Shown here piece after piece: positions 24,973-36,227 of a stretch of 64,000 nucleotides of DNA. The notes below the pieces were generated by a model. The model searched no databases. It was not told the origin of the DNA and was given only the letters and a program-made list of their open reading frames with translations. The DNA is taken from NCBI RefSeq assembly GCF_055900595.2, contig NZ_CM148325.1; one strand, given 5' to 3'. The position numbers and the translations under genes were made by a program. Numbering within the stretch: position 1 is the first letter of the stretch; every line of letters starts with the position of its first letter.

Positions 24973-25587
24973 TTAGCCGATTTTGTTACGTTGCGCGAAT
25001 GTGTAAAGATCCATCAGTGATTTACATTCTAATTTTTCCATCAGGCGACTTTTATACGTGCTGACAGTTTTGTTGCTGATGAACATTTTTTCCGCAATGT
25101 CATTATTGTCCTTGCCATCAAGAATATACCTCATGACACTAATTTCTTGTTTCGATAAGGAGTCGAGTTTTTGCTGGTCGGACGTTAAACTTCCAACAAA
25201 CCGGTTGAGAGAGAAAGGGAAATAGCAGTAGCCATTTTTTGCAGCTTCAATAGCCGCAATGATATTGTTCATGCCTTCTTTTTTACTCACGAATCCATTA
25301 GCGCCTGCATCAGCACAATGTTTCCCGTAAAAATGGTCATTTTTAGCGGAGACGATAATAATAATTCCGCTATATTGGCGCTTCCTCAGCGTTTCTAACA
25401 CCTGGATACCGTTAACTCCGGGGATATCGACATCAATGATGACGATATCAGGTTTAAGTGTTTCCACCCGCTGAACGGCACTTCCCCCTTCAGTCAACTC
25501 CGCTAAGATTTCAATATCGTTTTTGATCAATAAATTACGAATTGCTGCGATAGCAAGAGGATGGTCATCAATAATTATTGCGTTCAT
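24973..25587 (-). CDS. evgA: response regulator (NarL/FixJ family)
   Basis: 204 aa, receiver plus LuxR-type HTH; adjacent to evgS. Confidence 0.95.
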   Translation of the reverse strand: MNAIIIDDHPLAIAAIRNLLIKNDIEILAELTEGGSAVQRVETLKPDIVIIDVDIPGVNGIQVLETLRKRQYSGIIIIVSAKNDHFYGKHCADAGANGFVSKKEGMNNIIAAIEAAKNGYCYFPFSLNRFVGSLTSDQQKLDSLSKQEISVMRYILDGKDNNDIAEKMFISNKTVSTYKSRLMEKLECKSLMDLYTFAQRNKIG

Positions 25588-25811
25588 AGATTATTCCCTT
25601 TGCAATGAAGCATCTCCCTTCTCCCTGTAGTAATACAGACATAAGGCATCATCTCATTTTCTCAATCAAAATAAGAAAATTTGAGCTTCCTTTAAGATAA
25701 TTCAACAAGTATACCATATAAATAGTCGGCATAAATGAAATGTCAACAATAAAATCAGGGATAATACCGCTAACTTATAGTTTCAAATGAGTACTATAAG
25801 GCTTCTTATTA

Positions 25812-25829
25812 ATCCTACAGGCGTAAGAA
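25812..25829. promoter_or_regulatory. putative EvgA box in the evgA-emrK intergenic region
   Basis: ATCCTACAGGCGTAAGAA, a near-match to the EvgA box. Confidence 0.5.
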
Positions 25830-26002
25830 TTGTATTGCAAAAGTCACGGTTTAGTCCTCTGTTGTATCTTCTGCAACTCCTTTAAATTAGGCCTCCAACG
25901 TTCCTGGGATAATGTGTAACACATGCACTGTGTTTGATATGAAGAATGAATACTCTTTTCATTCAATTCATAAATTTCATCTATGCGAAATGAGAGATAA
26001 TA

Positions 26003-27166
26003 GTGGAACAGATTAATTCAAATAAAAAACATTCTGACAGAAGAAAATATTTTGCTTTATTAGCAGTGGTTTTATTTATTGCGTTTTCAGGAGCCTATGC
26101 CTATTGGTCACTGGAATTAGAAGACATGATTAGTACAGATGACGCCTATGTTACGGGGAATGCTGATCCAATTTCTGCACAAGTCTCAGGCAGTGTCACT
26201 GTCGTTAATCATAAAGATACGAACTTTGTTCGACAGGGTGACATTTTAGTTTCACTGGATAAAACTGATGCTACGATTGCACTCAATAAAGCTAAAAATA
26301 ATCTGGCAAATATTGTGCGACAAACGAATAAACTATACTTACAGGATAAACAATACAGTGCCGAAGTCGCTTCAGCACGTATCCAGTATCAACAATCTTT
26401 AGAAGATTATAATCGTCGTGTGCCGCTAGCAAAGCAGGGGGTTATTTCAAAAGAAACGCTGGAGCACACCAAAGATACGTTAATAAGTAGCAAAGCGGCA
26501 TTGAATGCAGCTATTCAGGCTTATAAAGCGAACAAAGCCTTAGTAATGAACACACCATTAAATCGCCAGCCACAAGTTGTTGAAGCTGCGGATGCAACCA
26601 AAGAAGCCTGGTTGGCGCTTAAACGTACGGATATTAAGAGTCCGGTTACCGGTTATATTGCCCAGAGAAGTGTTCAGGTCGGCGAAACAGTGAGTCCTGG
26701 ACAATCGTTAATGGCTGTCGTACCGGCACGTCAAATGTGGGTTAATGCCAACTTTAAAGAAACACAACTCACGGATGTACGGATTGGTCAATCGGTTAAT
26801 ATAATCAGCGATCTTTATGGTGAAAATGTTGTGTTTCATGGTCAGGTGACAGGGATCAATATGGGAACCGGCAATGCGTTCTCCTTATTACCTGCACAAA
26901 ATGCGACAGGGAACTGGATCAAAATCGTTCAGCGTGTACCGGTTGAGGTGTCTCTGGATCCAAAAGAACTCATGGAACATCCCTTGCGCATTGGTTTATC
27001 GATGACTGCAACCATTGATACCAGGAACGAAGACATTGCCGATATGCCTGATCTGGCTTCATCCGTGACGTCAATGCCTGCTTACACCAGTAAGGCCTTA
27101 GTTATCGATACCAGTCCGATAGAAAAAGAGATTAACAACATTATTTCTCATAATGGACAACTTTAA
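26003..27166 (+). CDS. emrK: multidrug efflux membrane fusion protein
   Basis: 387 aa, EmrA-like; synteny. Confidence 0.9.
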   Translation: MEQINSNKKHSDRRKYFALLAVVLFIAFSGAYAYWSLELEDMISTDDAYVTGNADPISAQVSGSVTVVNHKDTNFVRQGDILVSLDKTDATIALNKAKNNLANIVRQTNKLYLQDKQYSAEVASARIQYQQSLEDYNRRVPLAKQGVISKETLEHTKDTLISSKAALNAAIQAYKANKALVMNTPLNRQPQVVEAADATKEAWLALKRTDIKSPVTGYIAQRSVQVGETVSPGQSLMAVVPARQMWVNANFKETQLTDVRIGQSVNIISDLYGENVVFHGQVTGINMGTGNAFSLLPAQNATGNWIKIVQRVPVEVSLDPKELMEHPLRIGLSMTATIDTRNEDIADMPDLASSVTSMPAYTSKALVIDTSPIEKEINNIISHNGQL

Positions 27167-28704
27167 TGGCAATCACTAAATCAACTCCGGCACCATTAAC
27201 CGGTGGGACGTTATGGTGCGTCACTATTGCATTGTCATTAGCGACGTTTATGCAAATGTTGGACTCCACTATTTCTAACGTCGCAATACCCACAATATCT
27301 GGCTTTCTCGGAGCATCAACGGACGAAGGCACATGGGTTATCACATCGTTTGGCGTAGCAAATGCCATTGCGATCCCTGTTACCGGCAGGCTGGCACAAA
27401 GAATAGGCGAATTAAGGTTATTTTTACTATCAGTAACCTTCTTTTCGCTGTCTTCATTAATGTGTAGTCTTTCGACTAATCTTGATGTTCTTATATTTTT
27501 TAGAGTCGTCCAGGGATTAATGGCGGGGCCGTTAATTCCATTGTCACAGAGTTTATTATTAAGGAATTATCCGCCAGAAAAAAGAACATTTGCTTTGGCG
27601 TTATGGTCAATGACCGTAATTATCGCTCCGATTTGTGGGCCGATATTGGGTGGCTATATTTGTGATAACTTTAGTTGGGGATGGATATTTTTAATCAATG
27701 TCCCTATGGGGATTATCGTCCTGACATTATGTTTAACTTTACTTAAAGGAAGAGAAACTGAAACTTCACCGGTCAAAATGAATTTACCAGGGTTGACCCT
27801 GTTAGTGCTCGGTGTTGGTGGCTTGCAAATTATGCTTGATAAAGGGCGCGATCTGGATTGGTTTAACTCGAGTACAATCATAATATTAACAATAGTGTCA
27901 GTTATTTCTCTGATCTCTCTAGTCATTTGGGAGTCGACCTCAGAGAACCCGATTCTTGACCTCAGTTTATTCACGTCGCGTAATTTCACCATTGGTATTG
28001 TGTGTATCACATGCGCATATTTATTTTACTCTGGGGCGATTGTACTTATGCCGCAGTTGCTGCAGGAAACTATGGGGTATAATGCGATATGGGCCGGGCT
28101 TGCCTATGCGCCAATCGGCATAATGCCACTATTAATATCGCCTTTAATAGGACGTTATGGCAACAAAATTGATATGCGTGCATTGGTTACATTTAGTTTT
28201 TTGATGTATGCGGTTTGCTATTACTGGCGTTCTGTGACATTTATGCCAACGATTGATTTCACAGGCATCATTTTGCCACAGTTTTTCCAGGGATTCGCCG
28301 TTGCCTGTTTCTTTTTACCCTTAACAACGATTTCGTTTTCAGGGTTGCCAGATAATAAATTTGCCAATGCCTCGAGTATGAGTAATTTTTTTCGTACCCT
28401 GTCAGGATCAGTTGGTACGTCGTTGACAATGACGTTGTGGGGACGACGCGAATCGTTACACCATAGTCAGTTGACAGCAACCATCGATCAATTTAACCCC
28501 GTGTTTAATTCATCATCACAAATTATGGATAAATACTATGGTTCGCTTTCAGGGGTTCTTAATGAAATTAATAATGAAATAACTCAGCAGTCACTTTCAA
28601 TTTCTGCAAATGAGATTTTCCGTATGGCGGCTATTGCTTTTATCTTACTTACGGTATTGGTTTGGTTTGCGAAACCGCCGTTTACAGCGAAAGGTGTTGG
28701 GTGA
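27166..28704 (+). CDS. emrY: MFS multidrug efflux pump (EmrB-like, 14-TM)
   Basis: 512 aa; start overlaps the emrK stop. Confidence 0.9.
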   Translation: MAITKSTPAPLTGGTLWCVTIALSLATFMQMLDSTISNVAIPTISGFLGASTDEGTWVITSFGVANAIAIPVTGRLAQRIGELRLFLLSVTFFSLSSLMCSLSTNLDVLIFFRVVQGLMAGPLIPLSQSLLLRNYPPEKRTFALALWSMTVIIAPICGPILGGYICDNFSWGWIFLINVPMGIIVLTLCLTLLKGRETETSPVKMNLPGLTLLVLGVGGLQIMLDKGRDLDWFNSSTIIILTIVSVISLISLVIWESTSENPILDLSLFTSRNFTIGIVCITCAYLFYSGAIVLMPQLLQETMGYNAIWAGLAYAPIGIMPLLISPLIGRYGNKIDMRALVTFSFLMYAVCYYWRSVTFMPTIDFTGIILPQFFQGFAVACFFLPLTTISFSGLPDNKFANASSMSNFFRTLSGSVGTSLTMTLWGRRESLHHSQLTATIDQFNPVFNSSSQIMDKYYGSLSGVLNEINNEITQQSLSISANEIFRMAAIAFILLTVLVWFAKPPFTAKGVG

Positions 28705-28832
28705 TGGTAAAAAGAGGAGGCTAGAGCAGGCAAGTCCGCGGAATTTTGAACCTGTACCATCATTTTATATGGATATTATCAGGCAGCATCGCTCACCCAG
28801 GGAAAGGATGGCGATGCTGCGGTGAAACGTTA

Positions 28833-30161
28833 TTAACGGCCTTTAGCCAGATATTGCTTCATCTCTTCTTCCGGCACCATTCCACCTCCTGTCGCCCACA
28901 CCAGATGAGTGGCATTACGCAGTTGTTCTGTGCTGAAACCTTGCATCTGTTGGTAAATTACTGATGCGCACACGCGCTGAGGCCCGGCCATACCCGCCAG
29001 TGCTGAAGGCTCAAGACGAATGTCTTCTTCCTGCGCCAGCCAGCCAAGCATGTCATACATGGTTTGATCGCTAAGGGTATAGAAGCCATCCAGCAGACGC
29101 TCCATTGCCCGCCCGACAAAGCCTGATGCGCGACCAACAGCAAGGCCATCCGCTGCGGTAAGGTTGTCGATACCAATATCCTGAACAGAAATCTGATCGT
29201 GTAATCCAGTATGGACGCCTAACAGCATACAAGGGGAGTGCGTGGGTTCGGCAAAAAAGCAGTGAACATGATCGCCAAACGCCAGTTTAAGACCGAATGC
29301 GACGCCACCAGGACCACCGCCAACGCCACACGGCAGATAGACAAACAGAGGGTTACCAGCATCGACGATACGACCTTGCTTGGCAAATTGCGCTTTAAGA
29401 CGCTGGCCTGCGACGGAATACCCAAGGAACAACGTGCGGGAATTCTCGTCATCAATAAAGAAACAGTTCGGGTCAGACTGCGCTGCTTTACGTCCTTCCT
29501 CGACGGCAACCCCATAATCTTGCTCATATTCCACGACCGTAACGCCATGGCTGCGCAGTTTCTCTTTTTTCCATGCTCGGGCATCAGCAGACATATGCAC
29601 TGTCACCTTAAAGCCAATGCGGGCGCTCATAATGCCGATTGATAACCCCAGATTTCCGGTTGAGCCCACAGCAATGCTGTATTGGCTAAAGAACTGTTTA
29701 AACTCCGGAGAAAGCAGTTTGCTGTAGTCATCTTCAAGCGTCAGCAACCCTGCTTCCAGAGCCAGTTTTTCTGCATGTGCCAGGACTTCATAAATCCCGC
29801 CGCGTGCTTTTATGGAGCCGGAAATAGGCAAATGGCTATCTTTTTTCAGTAACAGTTGCCCGCTGATCGGTTGCTGATATTCCTTTTCCAGCCGTTTTTG
29901 CATAGCCGGAATGGCAACCAGTTCTGATTCAATAATCCCTCCAGAGGCAGCCGTTTCAGGAAATGCTTTTGCCAGATAGGGGGCAAAACGAGATAAGCGC
30001 GCATGGGCGTCCTGAACATCCTGTTCGGTCAGGCCAACATAAGGTAAACCTTCAGCCAATGAGGTCGTGCCAGGATTGAACCAGGTGGTTTCTTTAAGAG
30101 CAACCAGATCCTTTACCAACGGATACTGGGCGATGAGCGAGTTCATTTTAGCGTTTTCCAT
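28833..30161 (-). CDS. dsdA: D-serine dehydratase
   Basis: 442 aa [22 protein letters not shown]-dependent. Confidence 0.95.
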   Translation of the reverse strand: MENAKMNSLIAQYPLVKDLVALKETTWFNPGTTSLAEGLPYVGLTEQDVQDAHARLSRFAPYLAKAFPETAASGGIIESELVAIPAMQKRLEKEYQQPISGQLLLKKDSHLPISGSIKARGGIYEVLAHAEKLALEAGLLTLEDDYSKLLSPEFKQFFSQYSIAVGSTGNLGLSIGIMSARIGFKVTVHMSADARAWKKEKLRSHGVTVVEYEQDYGVAVEEGRKAAQSDPNCFFIDDENSRTLFLGYSVAGQRLKAQFAKQGRIVDAGNPLFVYLPCGVGGGPGGVAFGLKLAFGDHVHCFFAEPTHSPCMLLGVHTGLHDQISVQDIGIDNLTAADGLAVGRASGFVGRAMERLLDGFYTLSDQTMYDMLGWLAQEEDIRLEPSALAGMAGPQRVCASVIYQQMQGFSTEQLRNATHLVWATGGGMVPEEEMKQYLAKGR

Positions 30162-30175
30162 AGTATGTCTCTTTG

Positions 30176-30362
30176 CGCTTCGATGATAAATGACAGCAGG
30201 AATGTGCCCGCCAGAGCGACGACTGAAGCGATAAATGTCGCTGTCGTATAGTATTTATATGTTTCACTGAGCGTAGCGCCGCAAAATTGTTTCATCAGCC
30301 AGAAAAACGAGTCCGTAACGATCGTGCAGCCAATCGCAATAATTTCCGGGCTGATGTCTGGT
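30176..30362 (-). pseudogene. dsdX: 3' remnant of the D-serine permease gene dsdX (about 60 C-terminal codons)
   Basis: Minus-strand translation ..[53 protein letters not shown] ends just upstream of dsdA; similarity stops near 30362. Confidence 0.7.
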
Positions 30363-30617
30363 TACAGCCACAGCACAATGATCCATATTTATATTTTTTC
30401 TCCGGGTGGGTGATGCCAGTCGGCATGTTTTACCTACTTGTCTGCATGGTGACTCGTTGGCGAGAACAGAGGCGGAATTGGTTACAATTGTCCGGGAATT
30501 CTTGTTATTTTTTACTGTATTGTCGTGTCGGGTGATAGGACGTTAAGAATATCGCTGGATCTCGCCAGTGACGTCTGTTTCTGCTACAGTGCCCGTTTTA
30601 CGGCAAACGGCTTGGGT

Positions 30618-31613
30618 ATGGCTTCATTAAAGGATGTCGCACGCCTGGCGGGAGTGTCGATGATGACTGTCTCCCGGGTGATGCATAATGCAGAATCTGT
30701 GCGTCCTGCAACGCGTGACCGCGTATTGCAGGCAATCCAAACCCTGAATTATGTTCCTGATCTTTCCGCTCGTAAGATGCGCGCTCAGGGACGTAAGCCG
30801 TCGACTCTCGCCGTGCTGGCGCAGGATACTGCTACCACTCCTTTCTCTGTTGATATTCTGCTTGCCATTGAACAAACCGCCAGCGAGTTTGGCTGGAATA
30901 GTTTTTTAATCAATATTTTTTCTGAAGATGACGCTGCCCGCGCGGCACGTCAGCTGCTTGCCCTCCGTCCGGATGGCATTATCTATTCTACAATGGGACT
31001 GAGGCATATCACGCTGCCTGAGTCTCTGCATGGTGAAAATATTGTATTGGCGAACTGTGTGGCGGATGACCCAGCGTTACCCAGTTATATCCCTGATGAT
31101 TACACTGCCCAATATGAAGCAACACAGCATTTGCTCGCGGCAGGCTATCGTCAACCGTTATGCTTCTGGCTACCGGAAGGTGCGTTGGCAACAGGGTATC
31201 GTCGGCAGGGATTTGAGCAGGCCTGGCGTGATGCTGGACGAGATCTGGCTGAGGTGAAACAATTTCACATGGTCATAGGTGATGATCACTACACCGATCT
31301 CGCAAGTATACTCAATGCCCACTTCCCGTCTGGAAAACCAGATTTTGATGTTCTGATTTGTGGTAACGATCGCGCAGCCTTTGTGGCTTATCAGGTTCTT
31401 CTGGCGAAGGGGGTACGTATCCCGCAGGATGTCGCCGTAATGGGCTTTGATAATCTGGTTGGCGTCGGGCATCTGTTTTTACCGCCGCTGACCACAATTC
31501 AGCTTCCACATGACATTATCGGGCGGGAAGCTGCATTGCATATTATTGAAGGTCGTGAAGGGGGAAGGGTAACGCAGATCCCTTGCCCGCTGTTGATCCG
31601 TTGTTCCACCTGA
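30618..31613 (+). CDS. cscR: LacI-family sucrose operon repressor
   Basis: Start at MASLKDVARLAGVSMMTVSRV gives 331 aa; LacI HTH plus periplasmic-binding-like domain. Confidence 0.85.
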   Translation: MASLKDVARLAGVSMMTVSRVMHNAESVRPATRDRVLQAIQTLNYVPDLSARKMRAQGRKPSTLAVLAQDTATTPFSVDILLAIEQTASEFGWNSFLINIFSEDDAARAARQLLALRPDGIIYSTMGLRHITLPESLHGENIVLANCVADDPALPSYIPDDYTAQYEATQHLLAAGYRQPLCFWLPEGALATGYRRQGFEQAWRDAGRDLAEVKQFHMVIGDDHYTDLASILNAHFPSGKPDFDVLICGNDRAAFVAYQVLLAKGVRIPQDVAVMGFDNLVGVGHLFLPPLTTIQLPHDIIGREAALHIIEGREGGRVTQIPCPLLIRCST

Positions 31614-31620
31614 TATTATG

Positions 31621-33054
31621 TTACCCCAGTTGCCAGAGTGCTCCATGTTTCAGCACGGCCACTCCGTGGGCGGCATAGAGCGACAGTTCCCGTTCTTCTG
31701 GCTGCGGATAGATTCGGCTACTCATCACTGCTTCCCCGTCGTTAATAAATACTTCCACGGATGATGTATCGATAAATATCCTTAGGGCGAGCGTGTCACG
31801 CTGCGGGAGGGGAATACTACGGTAACCATCTAAATTCTCGTGTGGGTAATACCGCCACAAAACAAGTCGCTCAGATTGGTTATCAATATACAGCCGCATT
31901 CCCGTGCCGAGCTGTAATCCGTAATGTTCGGCATCGCTGTTCTTCAGAGCCCAGTGCAACTGAATCTCAACCGCTTGCGCGTTTTCCTGCAAAACATATT
32001 TGTTGCTGATTGTGTGGGGAGAGATTGATTGATGCTGCTGGCGTAACGACTCAGCTTCGTGTACCGGGCTTTGTAGGAGTTTGCCATTGCTCTCTGATAG
32101 CTCGCGCGCCAGCGTCATGCAGCCTGCCCAGCCTTCACGTTTTGAGGGCATTGGCGATTCCCACATATCCATCCAGCCGATAACAATACGCCGACCATCC
32201 TTCGCTAAAAAGCTTTGTGGTGCATAAAAGTCATGCCCATTATCAAGTTCAGTAAAATGCCCGGATTGTGCAAAAAGTCGTCCTGGCGACCATATTCCGG
32301 GTATTACACCACTTTGAAAGCGATTTCGATAATTGTATCCCTCGGCATTCATTCCCTGCGGGGAAAACATCAGATAATGTTGATCGCCAAGGCTGAAAAA
32401 GTCCGGACATTCCCACATATAGCTTTCACCCGCATCAGCGTGGGCCAGTACGCGATCGAAAGTCCATTCACGCAATGAACTGCCGCGATAAAGCAGGATC
32501 TGTCCCGTGTTGCCTGGGTCTTTCGCCCCGACTACCATCCACCAGGTGTCGGCTTCACGCCACACTTTAGGATCGCGGAAGTGCATGATTCCTTCTGGTG
32601 GAGTGAGGATCACACCTTGTTTCTCGAAATGAATACCATCCCGGCTGGTAGCCAGACATTGTACTTCACGAATTGCATCGTCATTACCTGCACCATCGAG
32701 CCAGACGTGGCCGGTGTAGATAAGTGAGAGGACACCATTGTCATCAACAGCACTACCTGAAAAACACCCGTCTTTGTCATTCTCGTCTCCTGGCGCTAGC
32801 GCAATAGGCTCGTGCTGCCAGTGGATCATATCGTCGCTGGTGGCATGTCCCCAGTGCATTGGCCCCCAGTGTTCGCTCATCGGGTGATGCTGATAAAACG
32901 CGTGATAACGATTGTTAAACCAGATCAGGCCGTTTGGATCGTTCATCCACCCGGCTGGAGGCGCGAGGTGAAAATGGGGATAAAAAGTATTCCCCCGGCG
33001 CTCGTGAAGTTTTGCTAGTGCGTTTTGCGCCGCATGCAATCGAGATTGCGTCAT
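31621..33054 (-). CDS. cscA: sucrose-6-phosphate hydrolase / invertase (GH32)
   Basis: 477 aa from MTQSRLH; GH32 motifs WMNDPNG and EC catalytic residues. Confidence 0.9.
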   Translation of the reverse strand: MTQSRLHAAQNALAKLHERRGNTFYPHFHLAPPAGWMNDPNGLIWFNNRYHAFYQHHPMSEHWGPMHWGHATSDDMIHWQHEPIALAPGDENDKDGCFSGSAVDDNGVLSLIYTGHVWLDGAGNDDAIREVQCLATSRDGIHFEKQGVILTPPEGIMHFRDPKVWREADTWWMVVGAKDPGNTGQILLYRGSSLREWTFDRVLAHADAGESYMWECPDFFSLGDQHYLMFSPQGMNAEGYNYRNRFQSGVIPGIWSPGRLFAQSGHFTELDNGHDFYAPQSFLAKDGRRIVIGWMDMWESPMPSKREGWAGCMTLARELSESNGKLLQSPVHEAESLRQQHQSISPHTISNKYVLQENAQAVEIQLHWALKNSDAEHYGLQLGTGMRLYIDNQSERLVLWRYYPHENLDGYRSIPLPQRDTLALRIFIDTSSVEVFINDGEAVMSSRIYPQPEERELSLYAAHGVAVLKHGALWQLG

Positions 33055-33269
33055 TTTAATCATCCTGGTTAAGCAAATTTGGTGAATTGTTAACGTTAAC
33101 TTTTATAAAAATAAAGCCCCTTATCTTTATAAATGTGATTAATATCACAAATGTTAACGTTAACTATGACGTTTTGTGATCGAATGTGCATGTTTTAGTA
33201 AATCCATGACGATTTTGCGAAAAAGAGGTTTATCACTATGCGTAAGTCAGATGAATTTGAGGGAAAAAA

Positions 33270-34184
33270 ATGTCAGCCAAAGTATGGGTTTTAGGGGATG
33301 CGGTTGTCGATCTCTTGCCTGAATCAGACGGGCGCCTACTGCCTTGTCCTGGCGGCGCGCCAGCTAACGTTGCGGTGGGAATCGCCAGATTAGGCGGAAT
33401 AAGTGGGTTTATAGGCCGGGTGGGTGATGATCCTTTTGGCGCGTTAATGCAAAGAACGCTGCTAACTGAGGGAGTCGATATCACGTATCTGAAGCAGGAT
33501 GAATGGCACCGAACATCCACGGTGCTTGTCGATCTGAACGATCAGGGGGAACGTTCATTTACGTTTATGGTCCGCCCTGGTGCCGATCTTTTTTTAGAGA
33601 CGACTGACTTGCCCTTCTGGCGACATGGCGAATGGTTACATCTCTGTTCTATTGCGTTGTCTGCTGAACCTTCGCGTACCAGCGCATTTACTGCGATGAC
33701 GGCGATCCGGCATGCCGGAGGTTTTGTCAGCTTCGATCCCAATATTCGTGAAGATCTGTGGCAAGACGAGCATTTGCTCCGCTTGTGTTTGCGACAGGCG
33801 CTACAACTGGCGGATGTCGTCAAGCTCTCGGAAGAAGAATGGCGACTTATCAGCGGAAAAACACAGAACGATCGGGATATATGTGCTCTGGCAAAAGAGT
33901 ATGAGATCGCCATGCTGTTGGTGACTAAAGGTGCAGAAGGGGTGGTGGTCTGTTATCGAGGACAAGTTCACCATTTTGCTGGAATGTCTGTGAATTGTGT
34001 CGATAGCACGGGGGCGGGAGATGCGTTCGTTGCCGGGTTACTCACAGGTCTTTCCTCTACGGGATTAGAGACCGATGAGAGAGAAATGCGACGAATTATC
34101 GATCTCGCTCAACGTTGCGGAGCGCTTGCAGTAACGGCGAAAGGGGCAATGACAGCGCTGCCATGTCGACAAGATCTGGAATAG
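33270..34184 (+). CDS. cscK: fructokinase (PfkB family)
   Basis: 304 aa with ribokinase-like motifs (DSTGAGDAF). Confidence 0.9.
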   Translation: MSAKVWVLGDAVVDLLPESDGRLLPCPGGAPANVAVGIARLGGISGFIGRVGDDPFGALMQRTLLTEGVDITYLKQDEWHRTSTVLVDLNDQGERSFTFMVRPGADLFLETTDLPFWRHGEWLHLCSIALSAEPSRTSAFTAMTAIRHAGGFVSFDPNIREDLWQDEHLLRLCLRQALQLADVVKLSEEEWRLISGKTQNDRDICALAKEYEIAMLLVTKGAEGVVVCYRGQVHHFAGMSVNCVDSTGAGDAFVAGLLTGLSSTGLETDEREMRRIIDLAQRCGALAVTAKGAMTALPCRQDLE

Positions 34185-34255
34185 TGAGAAATAAACGGCG
34201 AGGCCGTTCTTGTCTCTGAATAGGACGTGAATATTTTAACGACAGGCAGGTAATT

Positions 34256-35503
34256 ATGGCACTGAATATACCATTCAGAAATGTGTACTATCGTTTTGCA
34301 TCCAGTTACTCATTTCTCTTTTTTATTTCCTGGTCGCTGTGGTGGTCGTTATACGCTATTTGGCTGAAAGGACATCTAGGGTTGACTGGGACGGAATTAG
34401 GTACACTTTATTCGGTCAACCAGTTTACCAGTATTCTATTTATGATGGTCTACGGCATCGTCCAGGATAAACTCGGTCTGAAGAAACCGCTTATCTGGTG
34501 TATGAGTTTCATCCTGGTCTTGACCGGACCGTTTATGATTTACGTTTATGAACCGTTACTGCAAAGCAATTTTTCTGTAGGTCTAATTTTGGGGGCGCTC
34601 TTTTTTGGCTTGGGGTATCTGGCGGGCTGCGGTCTGCTTGATAGCTTCACCGAAAAAATGGCACGAAATTTTCATTTCGAATATGGAACAGCGCGCGCCT
34701 GGGGATCTTTTGGCTATGCGATTGGCGCGTTCTTTGCTGGCATATTTTTCAGTATCAGTCCCCATATCAACTTCTGGTTGGTTTCGCTATTTGGCGCTGT
34801 ATTTATGATGATCAACATGCGTTTTAAATATCAGGATCAGCAGTGCGTAGCGGCAGATGCGGGAGGGGTAAAAAAAGAGGATTTTATTGCAGTTTTCAAG
34901 GATCGAAACTTCTGGATTTTCGTCATATTTATTGTGGGGACGTGGTCTTTCTATAACATTTTTGATCAACAGCTCTTTCCTGTTTTTTATGCAGGTTTAT
35001 TCGAATCACACGATGTAGGAACGCGCCTGTATGGTTATCTCAACTCATTCCAGGTTGTACTCGAAGCGCTGTGCATGGCCATTATTCCTTTCTTTGTTAA
35101 TCGGGTAGGGCCAAAAAATGCATTACTTATCGGTGTTGTGATTATGGCGTTGCGTATTCTTTCCTGCGCACTGTTCGTTAATCCCTGGATTATTTCATTA
35201 GTGAAGCTGTTACATGCCATTGAGGTTCCACTGTGTGTCATTTCCGTCTTCAAATACAGCGTGGCAAACTTTGATAAGCGCCTGTCGTCGACGATCTTTC
35301 TGATTGGTTTTCAAATTGCCAGTTCGTTGGGGATTGTGTTGCTTTCAACGCCGACTGGAATACTTTTTGACCATGCAGGTTACCAGACGGTTTTCTTCGT
35401 AATTTCGGGTATTGTCTGCCTGATGTTGTTATTTGGCATTTTCTTCCTGAGTAAAAAACGTGAGCAAATGGTGATGGAAACGCCTGTACCTTCTGCAATA
35501 TAG
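34256..35503 (+). CDS. cscB: sucrose:H+ symporter (oligosaccharide:H+ symporter family)
   Basis: 415-aa 12-TM MFS protein downstream of cscK. Confidence 0.9.
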   Translation: MALNIPFRNVYYRFASSYSFLFFISWSLWWSLYAIWLKGHLGLTGTELGTLYSVNQFTSILFMMVYGIVQDKLGLKKPLIWCMSFILVLTGPFMIYVYEPLLQSNFSVGLILGALFFGLGYLAGCGLLDSFTEKMARNFHFEYGTARAWGSFGYAIGAFFAGIFFSISPHINFWLVSLFGAVFMMINMRFKYQDQQCVAADAGGVKKEDFIAVFKDRNFWIFVIFIVGTWSFYNIFDQQLFPVFYAGLFESHDVGTRLYGYLNSFQVVLEALCMAIIPFFVNRVGPKNALLIGVVIMALRILSCALFVNPWIISLVKLLHAIEVPLCVISVFKYSVANFDKRLSSTIFLIGFQIASSLGIVLLSTPTGILFDHAGYQTVFFVISGIVCLMLLFGIFFLSKKREQMVMETPVPSAI

Positions 35504-35938
35504 ACGTAAACTCTTTCCGGTTGTTGTCGATAGCTCTATATCCCTCAACCGGAAAATAATAATACCCAAATGCTTAGCGCGGCTAATAATCGCCTAATCC
35601 AAACGCCTCATTCATGTTCTGGAACAGTCGCTCAAATGTACTCATGATACGCGGTTCGCTGATTTCCAGGAAATTGTCGTAATTCAGCGACCTGTCCCGT
35701 GTATCACGGGCCTGCTAATCCATCAAGGAATGCATTGCGGAGTGAAGTATCGAGTCAAGCCAGATTTCGCGATCAGGATTCTGTGTGATGATTACATTGC
35801 CAGGCCCGGGGCTGTTTAGTCATCGCCGCACAGTGCTGAGATTTCAACCTGTTGCAGGGAAAATGAGTAGATTTAGGGCAAGTGTGCTGCCAAACCCAAC
35901 TTTTACGCGGGGAAGGTAGATTTCGTTGGAAGGATAAA

Positions 35939-35953
35939 TGGTGTCCCCTGCAG
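35939..35953 (-). other. 15-bp remnant identical to the 3' end of tRNA-Arg argW (att-site-like direct repeat)
   Basis: TGGTGTCCCCTGCAG is the reverse complement of the argW 3' terminus CTGCAGGGGACACCA; no tRNA body follows. Confidence 0.55.
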
Positions 35954-36026
35954 ACATCTACTTGAGGCGGCAGGGGATTGATTGGAATGGTGTTTTTTAG
36001 ATGTGAGAAATATTTTACCCGCTATT

Positions 36027-36227
36027 TTACCCATTGGCGCGGCTTAAGAGCTTATTTTTGAATTCACAATGGTCACGATATAACCATCTTGCTCGCCCGT
36101 GGATAACTTTGGCTTTTGGTAGGTCGCCGGACTTAATCCGGTCATAGATGAAGGTTTTACCGAAGCCAGTATCGGCCATGATGAATTTCAAATCAACCAG
36201 TGAATCAGGTTGTAGTTCGTGTTGCAT
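36027..36227 (-). CDS. AlpA-family phage/island transcriptional regulator (excisionase-like HTH)
   Basis: 66 aa, ..LKFIMADTGFGKTFIYDRIKSGDLPKAKVIHGRARWL.. resembles AlpA/Xis HTH proteins. Confidence 0.6.
   Translation of the reverse strand: MQHELQPDSLVDLKFIMADTGFGKTFIYDRIKSGDLPKAKVIHGRARWLYRDHCEFKNKLLSRANG

Noticed and set aside
30287..30535. 82-aa ORF between the dsdX remnant and cscR
   Set aside because: It spans the junction and the cscR promoter region, reads into the cscR upstream sequence in another frame, and has no recognisable features.
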